Source: Octopus vulgaris (taxonomy: Eukaryota). From it: DNA of 64,000 bases. The notes beneath the pieces were generated by a model. That model worked only from the letters and a program-made list of their open reading frames with translations, had not been told where the DNA came from and searched no databases. Both the position numbers and the translations under genes were made by a program. Positions 49,751-63,380 of the stretch are shown here, piece by piece (position 1 is the stretch's first letter; each line of letters starts with the position of its first letter). The DNA lies in NCBI GenBank assembly GCA_951406725.2, contig OX597822.1, positions 15,996,001 to 16,060,000 on the forward strand. The letters run 5' to 3'.

Positions 49751-49992
49751 TTAAAATTATAATTTAGGGTATCTAAGAGATACATCCACACTGGAAATAG
49801 CAGCAAAAACTTCAACCTAAAACCATATTCATACATGTTCATACAGCACCAGGAGAGAACACGGCTAGTTTATTTTGTCTCTTTGTCTTCTCTCCTGGTT
49901 CTGTATGAACATTTAATGTGGTTTTAGAGTCAAGTTTTGACTGCTACTTCTAGCGTGGTGGTATCTCTTAGATACCCTAAATTATAATTTTA
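49751..49992. repeat. ~240-bp fold-back (imperfect palindrome)
   Basis: TTAAAATTATAATTTAGGGTATCTAAGAGATAC (49751) is mirrored by GTATCTCTTAGATACCCTAAATTATAATTTTAA (49961-49993); the inner arms are diverged. Confidence 0.85.
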
Positions 49993-50083
49993 AATAATTA
50001 TTACCTTTGAAGGTTTTTATTCTCATGCTGGCCACCTGATAAGATCGGTATTTAAATATCGATCTTATCGTTTTATATATATA

Positions 50084-51128
50084 TGTGCTGGGCCCACTTC
50101 TTTTCATCATTTACATTAATGACATTAATGACATCATCAAGCACAGCAACATAAAAATCTTTGCAGATGACTCCAAGCTACAGAAGGTCATAAATGAGGC
50201 GAGTGACCGGACATGCCTTCAGTCAGATCTACTGGCTGTTATCCAATGGGCAGAAAAAAACAATATGCTGCTGAACGAGGATAAATTTGAGCTAATCCAC
50301 TTTGGAAAAGAGGATGCCCTGAAACTCCCATACTCCCTTCCTTCAGGTGAAGCTCTCGCGGCGTCCAACAACATCAGAGACCTGGGAGTAATTGTGGACA
50401 ACAACATAAGCTGGGCCACTCATATAAACACCAAAGTTGACATGGCCCGCATAATGTGTTCCTGGATTCTCAGAACTTTCCAGTCGAGAGATATCCACAC
50501 CATTATCCTTCTCTTCTCCACCTTTGCCCGACCCCACCTTGAATACTGTTGTCCACTGTGGTCTCCCCACACAATACAAGGTATCATAAAAGTTGAAGCA
50601 CCTCAAAGGGCAATCACAAAAAAGATAGATGGCATGACAGGCCTCGACTATTGGGGTCGACTAGAAAAGCTAAAACTCTATTCTCTCCAACGTCGTCGTG
50701 AGCGCTACATCATCTGCATGATATGGAAAATATTCCATCAGCATTGCCCAAATGATGTTGGCATCACCTTTAAGGTACATCCAAGGCTTGGGCCCCGTGC
50801 CATCCGCCCAAAACAAAAATCGCACTCTCATCTCATAACAACAATACGGCACAATTATTTCACCTCAATTGGCCCCGCTCTCTTTAACATTACACCAAAA
50901 CACATTAAAACAGAAACTGACCCTATAGGGTTCAAGAAGTCTTTGGACAGATTCCTTCAAGAAATCCCGGATAAACCCCCTACACCCGGATATGTCTCTG
51001 TAAACAATAACTCTCTACTTGAGTGGGCCATAGTACCCAAATTCTGACTTGAAAGACTTCACCAGGTGGTGCTATTAAGTTAGACATGGCCTGGGCCAAT
51101 AATGGCCGAAACCTATCAAAGTATCAAA

Positions 51129-51130
<2 letters not shown>
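50084..51130 (+). mobile_element. 5'-truncated CR1/L2-group LINE with uninterrupted RT C-terminal ORF, inserted at (TA)n
   Basis: VLGPLLFIIYIND, FADD, RDLGV, RPHLEYC..W.P and LYSLQRRRER in one 320-aa frame. Short 3' UTR ending (TATCAAAG)2; (TA)n on both sides. Confidence 0.93.
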
Positions 51131-51194
<64 letters not shown>

Positions 51195-51981
51195 GTAAGT
51201 ACCACTGAATAACATACGAATAGATCAAAGGCTAACTATGGAAGGGCACCCGTCTGTTGCAGAATTACACACTTTTACCAGCTGTGTAGACTCAAGCAAC
51301 ATGAGAGGAAGTGTTCTACTCGAGAACACAAGTCATCGCCCGATATAGATATCAGAACAACAATCTTAAAGAAATATTATCAGCCTGAGGAATAGCATTA
51401 ATTATTATATCCGAGGGTCTGCTACCTAGGAAACAAATGTAGCCTGGATTTTACCTGCTGCATTCACTTAATTCGGATATTTATTCGCGTTTATAGCAAA
51501 CCTAGTTGCGATTTGCGAAGTATAAAAATACATTTTTCAGTTTGGGAAAAGAATGCAGCCATCCATATCAATAAACTTATCATTCCTGAAAGTTGTCGTT
51601 TTAGACCTACCATACACTGCTCGATGCTTATTAATTTCCTACACTTAGATCATTGGATCTTACATTTACATGTCAGTAAAAACACACACACATACACACA
51701 CACACACACGTACGTTTCGAGTTCGCATGTATGTATGTATCAAGTAATTTGAAACCATCGCCATTTGGCTTGTGTGTGTGTATGTGAGTGTGTGTGCGTG
51801 AGTGTAAATAAATATTTCATGTTCCATCTCCCGAACACTGAAAGTAAGTATAAAAGTACAGTAAATATATTTTCTATTGATATACAAAGAAGTTGTACAA
51901 CTCTTTGAATACTAAATCATTTTCTCATGCGCCTCTGCATCTATTTTCTTTCCCTTTTTCCCTCTCTTCCTCTCTGTCTCT

Positions 51982-52089
<108 letters not shown>

Positions 52090-52472
52090 AGTAACAGTTA
52101 AGCTTCATGCAATGGCCATATTCGATAACGAGGGGGCAGCCATAATAATGTATGTATAGACAACTACCCACACCCCCCCCCATTTACTTGTCTATATCTG
52201 TATGTATGTGTATATGTATATATATATATATATGTACTTATGTACATATATGCATATATATATATATCGCATATATATTCATATACAATCGCACATACAT
52301 GTGTGTGTGTGTGTGTGTATTTTATGCGTGTATGTATTAATATATAGATTTCTATGTTAGTGTGCTTGCGTGTGGCAGTATGTCTGAACTATTATTTTAC
52401 TTTTTATTAATGCTTCTCATATTGAAGTGGGGTGTTTTGAACTTAGCAACAAAGTTCTCTCATCTCCATATA

Positions 52473-52508
<36 letters not shown>

Positions 52509-53218
52509 TGTTTGTGTGTATGTATGTATGTATGTATGTATGTATGTATGCATGTATATATGTATGTATGTATGTATTTATGTATGTGTGCGCATGTGCA
52601 TAGTACAGTGTTTCATGTTCAAAGTCTTTTAAAAGCATTGTGCATTTTCAGTGCTCCGCCTATAAATTGATTTTTGCAGAATGCATGTCTGTGATGGTCT
52701 CTGCATTGAAAGTAATAGTTTTTTTTTTTTTTACCGTAAATGATTTATTTCCTGGTAAAGTTGACAGTGTATTACTTTTTGAATGTGTTCACACATGATG
52801 TATTATGGTTGTGATCCGTTTCTTTCCTGATCTTAGATCCAAATGATTTATGATTCTCATTGAGTAGAATTCTTGTGAAAAGTATTTTTTCCCCTTTCAT
52901 CCTACGACATATCGCTCATGGATAAGGGCGCATTGATGTAAGGATTTTTCTTCAGATAATTTTAGTGGGTAGAATTTTTTTTATTTCTCAGGCATGGAAG
53001 TGAGTTCAACTTATTTCATATCGCATGTGTTGAACAATGGTTGCGTTGTTTTCAGATATCCGACAAATTCGTCTCTGATATATTGAAGCTTTTGACTGCC
53101 ATATTGACAAGTCACTGCATTTGTGAACCAGCATGGACCAGAAGACACGATTTTATCCCGGTTACTTTGTTTATTCCTTCAGTGGATACACAACACTCAA
53201 GCACCAGCAGCATACACA

Positions 53219-53273
<55 letters not shown>

Positions 53274-54010
53274 ACACAGATATATGTATTTACAAATTGT
53301 ATAAACATTTATACATACGTGGTATATAGTTGGATGAATGCATATTTTGAAATATTTACATATGTATTTATGTCAATCTATCCATCTGTGTATATGTGTT
53401 TGTGTTTGAGCGCGTATGCGTGTATGTGTGTGTGTGTGTGTGTGTGTGCGTGTGTATTATCATGTGCACGACCCGTAACATTATTGTTTTTTGCAATGTG
53501 TTCCGTAGTCGGAATGGCGACGTAAAGCAAGTCCATCTGGAAGGCTAGCATAATGAAGGGTACTGCAAGGAAACCTTTTTACATAAACAAAATTTTTATC
53601 TGCTGTGTTAGAACTCAATAATTCTGGGCTAAAATTTAATGCATTGTAACATGAATGTGAGTGAGGCATCCTCTAGTTTCATCCTCTTTTATTTTGTTTA
53701 TTTAAGAGTGAACTCCATGTGAAGACACAATGACTAAAGTCGATATCTTTCTTTCCCAGGCTTAAACTATTAGAAACGTGGCCGCGCTGTTCAATTGTTC
53801 TTATATCACCCGGATGTTGAGAAGTTTACCAAAAGTGATTGGGTTGAGATCGTTCTAAGGATTAGATTTATTTCCATCTGAAGTTTGAAATTGGAGGAAA
53901 GTGGCGTGTAGAGGTCTAATAGTTTGTGAATACGTATATACAATTTTCTGCGTTGGGGACATGGCCAACTATGCCTGTGTTGGTAACTAGCCACCATATA
54001 CATGTATATG

Positions 54011-54048
<38 letters not shown>

Positions 54049-54049
<1 letters not shown>

Positions 54050-54160
54050 GACGGGCTTCTTTCAGTTTCCGTCTACCAAATCCACTCATAAGTGGGACTG
54101 AGCCCAGAACCATGTGTTGGTAAGCCCAGCTACTTACCACATACCCACTCCTGCGCCTAC
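54049..54160 (-). mobile_element. SINE family A head with internal deletion
   Basis: Matches 1610-1650 and 1705-1773. Confidence 0.8.
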
Positions 54161-55355
54161 ATATATACGTGTAGGCGCAGGTGGCAGGTAATGCTATGTA
54201 AGTGCTATGGAAGGACCGTAGTTAGATAAGAGTTTCGAAAGTAAATTTGTCACATTTCAAGACGGAAAAGAGGCAAATGCTTCTCTGGTCTTTATGTATG
54301 TATTTAATCAAGATAATATTTTCCCTCATTATTCATAGCACAAAGGCATCTGTTTGGCAAACTGTTGATCCCGCGAGCATAAAAGTCCTTACTTTGTTAA
54401 GCAAAGAGATTCTCACTGTGATCCTTCTTCTCTTAATAATGAATAAAAGGTTTTCCCTCTGAATAATATTGCAATTATATGAAAGCTGGTAATGAATTAG
54501 AGAGTAGGCATGAAGTAAGACTCTTACATTTAGTGCCATATTCTTTTTCTTGGACAACTGGACAATATTTAAGCTTGTATTATCGTATAAGCGCATTACT
54601 CTTTTGCGAGTAATAAATATGGACACTTCTATGGAAAATATTTGCAGAATGTTTACAATTGAGAAAACTTTTTCACACATTTAATTTGCTTAACACTTCA
54701 TGATAAACGAAAAATTCAAATACAAACCACAACATTCTTCGGGGGTGGTCCTGCTTTTGGGTGGATTTTTCATTTTTCATTGAATATTAACCATTGTCTT
54801 TTCGTTGTATGCGTTTATAGAGAACATATTCTTCATCAGTTGTCAGGATTATACCCAGAAACGTTTCGGAAATGACGAGCGGATAACTACTCTTTTATTA
54901 AAAGAAAAATCATTCAGATGATGTGTGACCCTTTGACCCAGTTTAGACAGTTGACCTGTTTCTTGAAGGTCATCTACACTGAAAGTTTAACCTGAATTGC
55001 ACTGTTTTGCTTATTCTCGTGCAGTTTAGTTTGGATTTCTCTCATCTAATGTTTTCAGAAACTCACTTTTGACAGAACCTGGTCATCAAGATCGAGAGAA
55101 ATCTGCCAGAGAAGAGTTTCCTAAGCGAAACTAACGAAACCATCGTTGATTTGTTCGGACGCTTAACGCTTGAATTCCATTGGCATAACGATTATTATGT
55201 GTTGACTTGATTACTGATAAGCGCATGCAAAATGCAGTGTCTGATAGAGGTTTTATCGAAACTCATTTGAAAAGATTAAAATCGATATAAATTTAACAAC
55301 AATGATATGTAATGCTCTGCACAGAAAGAGAAACATTGGAATATAAATATTAGCG

Positions 55356-55623
55356 TAAAGATTTTTGCCAATATAACATGGCAGTCCTGGTTTAGGACGT
55401 ATGTTGCTGTAATTTATCCCCAAGAGACATAGTCTCCTGCTAGCTTACGACACGATCTGTGTCCTTATATTTTCGAACATGGGAATCTAGCACCGCTTGT
55501 TCGAAAATATAAGGAAACAGATCGTGTTGTATAGCCAGCTAGAGACGATGCCTCCTGGAGATAAATTACAGCAACATTCGTCCTAAACCAGGACTGCCAT
55601 GTTATGTTGGCAAATAATCTTTA
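55356..55623. repeat. ~270-bp fold-back element (~120-bp arms, ~22-nt loop) related to segment B of 21492-21740
   Basis: AACATGGCAGTCCTGGTTTAGGACG pairs with CGTCCTAAACCAGGACTGCCATGTT. TGTTGCTGTAATTTATCCCCAAGAGA...GACACGATCTGTGTCCTT resembles 21544-21613. Confidence 0.85.
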
Positions 55624-55644
55624 GTCCAAACTACTGTTACTGAA

Positions 55645-55780
55645 TTTTTTTTTAATGCGTTATCTCTATACTGAATCAATTTCAGGATTAATCTAACAGA
55701 TTTTTCCCTCTTCAGTAGATACGATAATAGATACTAATACGATAATTGATTCAATATAGAGATATCGCATTAAAAAAAAA
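55645..55780. repeat. Short inverted repeat with ~37-bp arms
   Basis: T9-AATGCGTTATCTCTATACTGAATCAATT versus AATTGATTCAATATAGAGATATCGCATT-A9. Confidence 0.8.
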
Positions 55781-56001
55781 TATGTTAGCCTGCCTTCCTC
55801 GATTTCAGCACGACGTGTATTAGTGATGTACATTGTATGTGGAGACTGACGATTTAAAGTCTATTCTCAGCATATTGGCTTAGAAATCTTTTTCTTATTC
55901 CCTTGTTTATAATTGTTTAGAAGTTTCACCTATAAAGGTATTTTAATATGTTAGCAACTTTGATGAAATTTTTGGAAAAACGTTTATCCTATAATAGAAG
56001 C

Positions 56002-56059
<58 letters not shown>

Positions 56060-56078
56060 ATGTATATATATATATATT

Positions 56079-56111
<33 letters not shown>

Positions 56112-56126
56112 ATATATATATGTATG

Positions 56127-56161
<35 letters not shown>

Positions 56162-56544
56162 GGGCATAGTCAGCTATGTATGTATATATATACACATATA
56201 TTGTGTGTGTGTGAGAGAGTGAGAGGGAGAGAGAGAGACTATGGTTGTGTGCATGTGTATGTAAACATTTCTTTATTAATTCATTGCAAAATATTTATCT
56301 ATTTTGACGTTTACAGTGATATAATATTCATGAATTTTGTTCTGTATAATCGTATGCAAAATCAAACTACAGAACAGAATAATGAGTAACTATTTTGTTT
56401 CATGTATTAATATATCAAAATAGTTTAATATATCATACATGTCTACCTCTCATTGTTGAAATATCACGTAAATATGGAAACAGTGTACGAAAATTAAAAA
56501 TAATGACGAAATGTGTGTTAAACGAGTGAAACTTACTATTATTG

Positions 56545-58120
56545 GATAATCTTGAACAAAACCCCTCAAGACCCTCTTCCAGAGCTTTCTTACAAATGGC
56601 AAACTGCCAAGCAAGCTGACGGAGGGAATAATATGCCCAATACATAAAGGGGGAAGTAGAGCAGATGCCAAAAACTATAGGGCTCTCTCTATGACTTCAC
56701 ACATCAGCAAAGTCATAGAACGGATAGTCAGAAAGAAACTAATCGCGTTCCTTGAGGAAAATAACTTGCTGACTGATACCCAGCATGGTTTTCGACCAGG
56801 TAGGAGCTGCCTGACTCAGTTCTTACAACATTATGACTGGGTGTTGAGGCAGTTACTCAACAAATCAAATGTGGACGTAATCTACCTTGATTTTGCAAAA
56901 GCTTTTGACAAGTTGCATCATTGTATGATATGCCACAAACCGCGTGACCTCGACATAGCTTGAAAACTTGGAGTGTGGTTACATGACTTTCTGATAGATA
57001 GGAGTCAGACAGTAGTGGTTAATGGAGCCACCTCTATGAACACACAAATAGTGAGCGGTGTTCCACAGGGCACTGTCTTGGGACCACTGCTTTTTATAGT
57101 GGCCCTCTCAGATATGCCCTCAATTGCCCGGATAGCCATTCTGGCAAGCTATGTAGATGATACGAAAGTTTTGCAGAAAATACAGAACCCCAGCGATGTT
57201 GCACACCTACAGCAGGAGTTGAACTCAATTTACAGATGGGCTGAGGATAATAATATGCAGTTTAAAGCTGAAAGATTCCAGGCCCTGCGCTACCAGCATC
57301 CAAAACTGAATATTAAACTTACAGGGTACACCGGTCTACAGGAAATTTCCATCCCAGAGCCTAAGTCTGTGAGGGACCTGGGTATTGACATGAGTGATGA
57401 TACCTCCTTCCAAGAGCACATTACCAGAATGGCGACAAAGTGCAGACGACTGGTTGGATAGATCCTAAGAACATTCAGAACCAGAGATAAGGAAACCATG
57501 ATGCTCCTCTGGCGGACATTCGTCCTCAGCCGCCTGGATTACTGCTCACAGCTATGGTCACCCACCAGTGGGAAATTATCAGCGGACCTGGAAGCAATCC
57601 AGAGAAGATTCACAAAGAAGATCGTCTCTTTGCAACAGCTCAGCTACTGGGAAAGGTTGAAACAGCTAAGACTCTACTCCCTGGAGAGAAGACGGGAGAG
57701 GTATGCAGTAATATATATATGGAAGATCCTGGAAGGAATTGTGCCAAATTTTGGCATTGTAAGCTACACCAATGCTAGAACGGGACGACACTGCATAGTG
57801 CCAAATATCCCAGCAATGCCATCACGCTTCAGGACCAGCTACTGCGACAGCCTGCGTTCCAAGGGCCTACAGCTTTTTAATATTCTCCCAAAGAATCTGA
57901 GGAACTTGCACAAAGTAGATGTAGCGGTTTTTAAATCAAAGCTGGACATCTTCCTGTCGGGAGTCCCAGATGAACCTACCCCACGGCAAGAGGTGCAAAT
58001 GAGGGTAGATATATCAAACTCCATTATTCATCAAGTGCCACATATTAGAGGAGGCTCTTAGTAATAAAAGTGTAGCACAAAACGGCGGTGCATCAGCATG
58101 CCCGCAGCTCTTAGCTGAAA
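56545..58120 (+). mobile_element. 5'-truncated CR1/L2-group LINE with RT interrupted by stop codons
   Basis: PIHKGG..NYR..S.TS..SKVIERI, QHGFRPGRSC, YLDFAKAFD, SGVPQGTVLGPLLF, YVDD (57150-57161), RDLG and LYSLERRRER; stops at ~56963 and ~57461. Confidence 0.95.
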
Positions 58121-58410
58121 CAAAGAAAAACTAAATAAAAAAATAAAACATGAATTTATTAAATGAAAATTGCTGAGTTCTGTACTAGATATCGGGGTTT
58201 CATATTTCAGGGAAAATACCCTAAAATTTGATTGTATTAAGAAAGCACTGAAGAAGCCAAAAGAGGAAAAGAAAATCAATCTTAAGCCAAATGAAATATC
58301 AATTCAGTTCTACTCTACGTATGCAATGACCTCTCTTTTACTCTCTCTGACACTCCCTTCACCTCTAAATATATATGTGTGTGTGTCTCTCTGTCTCTCT
58401 CTCTCTCTCT

Positions 58411-58448
<38 letters not shown>

Positions 58449-58840
58449 GTGAGAGAGAGAGAGAAAAGGAAATATGCTTGTAAAACCATGACTATCACTT
58501 TCAGCCCATGTGATTTTACTGCGTATCCTGATATTAAACAGAATATTTCTGCGCGACCCTATTCAGATGGTATGTTATCGCATATGCTGGTTATCTCATA
58601 CCTGGGACATTGAAAGGTGCTACGACTCTGAGTCAGACGGCAAATAGGTTCAACAGTGACCAAGAACTGGTTCCACACCCCATGAAAAAATCCTAAAATC
58701 CTAGAAGACACGAACCAGAGACCCGATACCGGATACGTACACATACACACAAACACACACACACGGAAACATATACATATGCGGTAGCAAATTTGTATTT
58801 ATAACTACTTAGTGTTGTCACTGCGAATATGTATGTATAT

Positions 58841-58895
<55 letters not shown>

Positions 58896-60038
58896 TGTAG
58901 TAATGAAGCAGATGTGAACGAACAAAAGAGTGAGAAAGCTGGTGAGATACGCTGGAGCATCGAAATTAAATTTAGATGACCTTTCCCTAACATAACTACG
59001 ATATGACAAACTGAACGTGTGTGCATTTCAACACTAAATTCAAGTATACATTTTCTTCTACTTATGTATAACTTCTTATTTATCTCATATATTTCTTTAA
59101 ATATCTAATTTTTTTCGCTTTATAGCTTGACATAAAACTAATTTTGAGATAAAACTAAAGTTCTAATGTTATATTTCTCTCGAGAAATATAACGGTATGC
59201 TTGAATATGTTATCTATTCTTGGTTTTTGTTAGAAACATTTGTAGCTGCTGGAAGCTAACACAAGACTACTTAGGTTTTCTGTTACCAATGAATATTTAA
59301 AATATAATATTACTATTATGGCTCTGCATCTTCCAGTTCAAGATAATACAATTTCCATATAAATTTGCCACCCGTATGTTGGTGTCTGTACAGTTACTAT
59401 AGAAGTTTAAGCAAAGAAAATATTGCTTTCCGCCATAGGAATTTTTGCTTTTGTTTTTTATTACATAAGCACAAAGTTTCCAACTATTTAGGGGAAAGAA
59501 AATTGCTGCTTGTAATGCTTATATTATCAAAAAGATATATAAATAATAAATAAACATCGCTAACGTAACTTCGACTTAACCTATAGCAAATCATATTACA
59601 AACCAACCAGATAACTAACACGAAAAATGCAACACCAATAAGATTGAAAACTAGAATGCAGAGAAGATCTTTATCGTGAAACGCTACAAGTTATATAATC
59701 CCATTTTTTTTTACTTCAAAAACGAATGAAATTAAAGCAAACAGCAAATTTCATATCTGGGCGATCAATTACGTAGCTATCTTAAGACATAAAGCAAATT
59801 TAATATACTTGTGATCAATTATATAGCTATCTAAACATCCAAATCGAAAATTTAATATTATTCGTCCATATAGTTTAACACTGTACAAAATCTGGTTTAT
59901 GAACATATGTTAGCATAAAGACAATTAATTAACTTCCTGTTCATCTATTGAAGTATATAGATGCGTTATAATTTAAATGAAAACCTGTTTCGGTCTCTAA
60001 TGCATATCACACAAATACAATTCATTTATATACATATA

Positions 60039-60752
60039 CTAGCTTAAGGTGACCCGCTATACGCGCGGGTGAGGTTGTGGTTGTTACTTTCTGTTTCTTA
60101 TTACCACATTCTCCCTCTTTGTTTCTCTATCCTTTCTCATTTTCCCACTCTCTTACTCTTCTTTTCGGACTCTCTCTCGCTTTCTCTTACTCTTTATCTT
60201 TCTCTATCTATCTCCCTGCCATTTATTAAAAAAAAATAGATTTCTGCGTTTAAATTACAAATCCGCTTCCACTTTACCATGTTGAAAATTTGATTGAAAT
60301 CGGGCAAAAGGTGTCCGATTTAGACCACTAAGTGTCCCCCCCAAATCAATAAAATCTCAGTTTTCACACCAAAACAACCACTGTAGCGGCACAAAACGTC
60401 TCCCAATCAATCCCCCACCCCAGGTTACCCCTCCTGTAAATTTGAATCCCCTTCCAGCCCCATTTAGACCCCTTTTTACATAAAAATCCAATTTGTGTTA
60501 ACATTCGCCTTCGTCATTTTATAGATAGGATTAGATGCCAATCGCGCCAATCTGGAGGGGCTTAGAGCCCCCTTCAATCTTCTCACTATAGCAACCGCAT
60601 CTTTCCAGATAGTGAGTTTTAACCTACTCAACTCTGCCTCATAACGCCTTCTATGCCTATGTCAATTTTCAGCTCGATCTGACTACTGGTGTGGCCGCCA
60701 ACCTCTGACGTAGCAAAGCGTGCACACAATTTTGACCCAAAGTCTCTTATAT
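60039..60752 (-). mobile_element. Non-autonomous Helitron-like element
   Basis: Minus strand ends ACCCGC-GCGTATA-GCGGGT-CACCTTAAG-CTAG|T (CTAG at 60039-60042) and starts in TATATATAAGAG. No ORF. Confidence 0.75.
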
Positions 60753-60762
60753 ATATATATAT

Positions 60763-61298
60763 ATAGCAGAGAAACCCGGACTTGCTCGGGATTAAAATAG
60801 TTTATCATTGTTTTATTTCTTTCGGTATTATAACTCGATTTCATTCGGGTCTACGCGGGCCACACTTAAGAAGATGAGGAATTTTGCCCTAGAGGCCATA
60901 CCTTTCAATTGAGCAAACTCAAAGTTGCCATGCAAACTCGTTAGGATTTTTAATACAGGTGTGCAAATTTTCAACTGAATCATACCATATTTACTAACAC
61001 TTTTACCTGTATAACTGCTTGTGAGATAACGTCTGCCCTTTTCACAAATATGTAGTAGACCTACAGATATCCGACCTTACTTCGGATTAAAATGGCATAG
61101 TTTTTCATTGTTTTACTTATTTGGTTAATATAAGCCGATTTCATTCGGGTGTAATCTGGCCACATTTTAAAAGATGAGGAATTTTTTCCTAGAGGTTACG
61201 CCTTTCATTTGAGGAAAAAAATAGCTGTCATGCAAACTCGCCAGTACTTTTAACATAGGTGTGCAAATTTTCAGCTCAACCGACCACATAATGCACAC

Positions 61299-61344
<46 letters not shown>

Positions 61345-61353
61345 TATATACGC

Positions 61354-61385
<32 letters not shown>

Positions 61386-61990
61386 ATGTGTGTGTGTGTG
61401 TGTGTGTGTACGCATTATAAATAGAAATGTATACAAATTATATATATATATATATAAATACAGATATATACACTTTGTATATATATACATTATATATACA
61501 TATTTATATGTACAGACACACACACACACATATATATAAATTAACCCAATAAATATATAATTCATAATATTTGTTCTCATGATTGTGGTGGCGATAATAA
61601 AACTCTCTATGAATGCAGACAGACGTACAGAGAGAGAGGGGGGAGGCTGTGAGTAAAAGAGTGACAGCGCTGGTGAAGGCGGCGGGGAAAGATAGTAGTA
61701 TCTGTCAAACGTCATTATAGAGAGAAAGTGATGGGGAGGGAGGAAACAGAGAGAGACGGAGGAAGACATGCAGATAAGAGAATAAGAGGAGATTTGTCAA
61801 AGTGTGCGTTTTTTGCCCTAGTAACGACACCTTTTAAGATTGCGATTTCTAACCTAGCCCACTCACATCCACACCTCATTTTACATGTCTCTGTAAAGTT
61901 TGGATTCAATCCAACGGGATCTATTGCCCTTTAACCTGTTCCAATGCCAAAACCAGACAAACAAACTTTTCGCATTTCAGATATATGATA
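60763..61990 (-). mobile_element. Degraded Helitron-like element with an internal ~200-bp diverged duplication
   Basis: Minus-strand end CCCGAGCAAGTCCGGG-TTTCTCTG-CTAT resembles the 8219-8246 terminus. 60780-60985 is duplicated at 61080-61285. The far boundary is approximate. Confidence 0.55.
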
Positions 61991-62010
61991 TGAAGAGCAT
62001 TTTGAACATA

Positions 62011-62081
<71 letters not shown>

Positions 62082-63189
62082 AGGGAGGGAGAGAACACAT
62101 AATATGATAGAGATACGAAGGGTTTAGCACAAACTTATCCAAAGAATGAAATGTACCTACTCACAAATACAAGAAATACAATGCAAATAACCGATGATAT
62201 ACATGTGCGTGTGTGCATGTGTGTGTGCATGTGTGTGTATATGTGTATGTGTACATGTAGGAATGAAAATCGTGTTCCTCTACAGCTGCCTCGAAATATT
62301 GCTTGCTGACTGTCAATTTTGGTCTATTCAGCTGACACAAAATGCTAAAATACCTCTCGGGCGTTGCTGACTGAAGCCACGGACATGTATTGTTTTAGTG
62401 TCAATGAATACTCCACCTTAGTGTTATAAGAACCAAAGGAAAATGCATTTCTAAATTTTTCTATGAATTTCTATACAAAAAAATTATCAAGTGATAGAAT
62501 GTTGTCACCTTAATGTGACAGTCCCGTGAAAAGGAAGAATGCTACTGTTATTTAGAGAGATTTAGAAGTGTATTATTTCTATTTTCAAGAAATTATCACT
62601 CTCATAACATAAACTTACAACCAAGTTTCTTTATCGGTCAAACAGTAAACCGCTTTAAATATATAACAAGTATTATGAAGAACATTGAAACTTTAAATCT
62701 GAAATACCCTTAAGTATACAAAAGCAACTATGAACCTGAAATCAAAGTTCGAAACTGGTAATGTCAATTAGACAATCTCTTACCTCAGTTGCTAGCGTTC
62801 AAATTGCATTCGAAGTGTCGACACAGAGCAACAGGAAACTGCCGTTCCCACATTCTCAACAGTCCTGTTTCTTAAACATATAAGTACGCTGGACAACTTC
62901 GATCGCATCCAAAGACAGACTAATCCGCATGAGCCAAGGACCGATTGGTCTCAGTGTCTTGTAGATTACTTCAACAATGTCACCCCAAAATAGTTAACGC
63001 TCACGAATTCCATCCGATTAGTTTTCAGCATCTTGAACAAAATTAATTTGATTTTAATAGCTCCACTTTCACAGTAATCCATTTGCATTGCAGGAATATT
63101 TAAAAGTAAAAGTTATGAAATAGTCTAACTTCCCATCTAATAATCAGAATTAATTAAACAAAACCAGAACTTCTCATTTAGTATTGAAC

Positions 63190-63380
63190 TTAAATTCTGG
63201 TACAAGGCCAGCAAGTTCTGGCGGATGGGATAGTCGATGGAATCGACTCCGGTACTTATTTCATCGACCTGGAAGGGATGAAAGGCAAAGTAGACTTCGG
63301 TGGAACTCAGAATGTAATGAAGGACGAAGTGCCGCTAAGCATTTGTCCCGACATGCTAACTATTCTCTCAGCTCGCCACT
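63190..63380 (-). mobile_element. SINE family C copy
   Basis: Reverse complement reads GGCGAGCTGAGAGAATAGTTAGCATGTCGGG...GAGTTCCACCGAAGTCTACTTTGCCTTTCATCCCTTCCAGGTCGATGAAATAAGTACC. Confidence 0.8.

Noticed and set aside
54925-54972. Cluster of nuclear-receptor half sites (TGACCC tt TGACCC, TGACCT, AGGTCA)
   Set aside because: Short motifs expected by chance in 64 kb, with no nearby promoter evidence.
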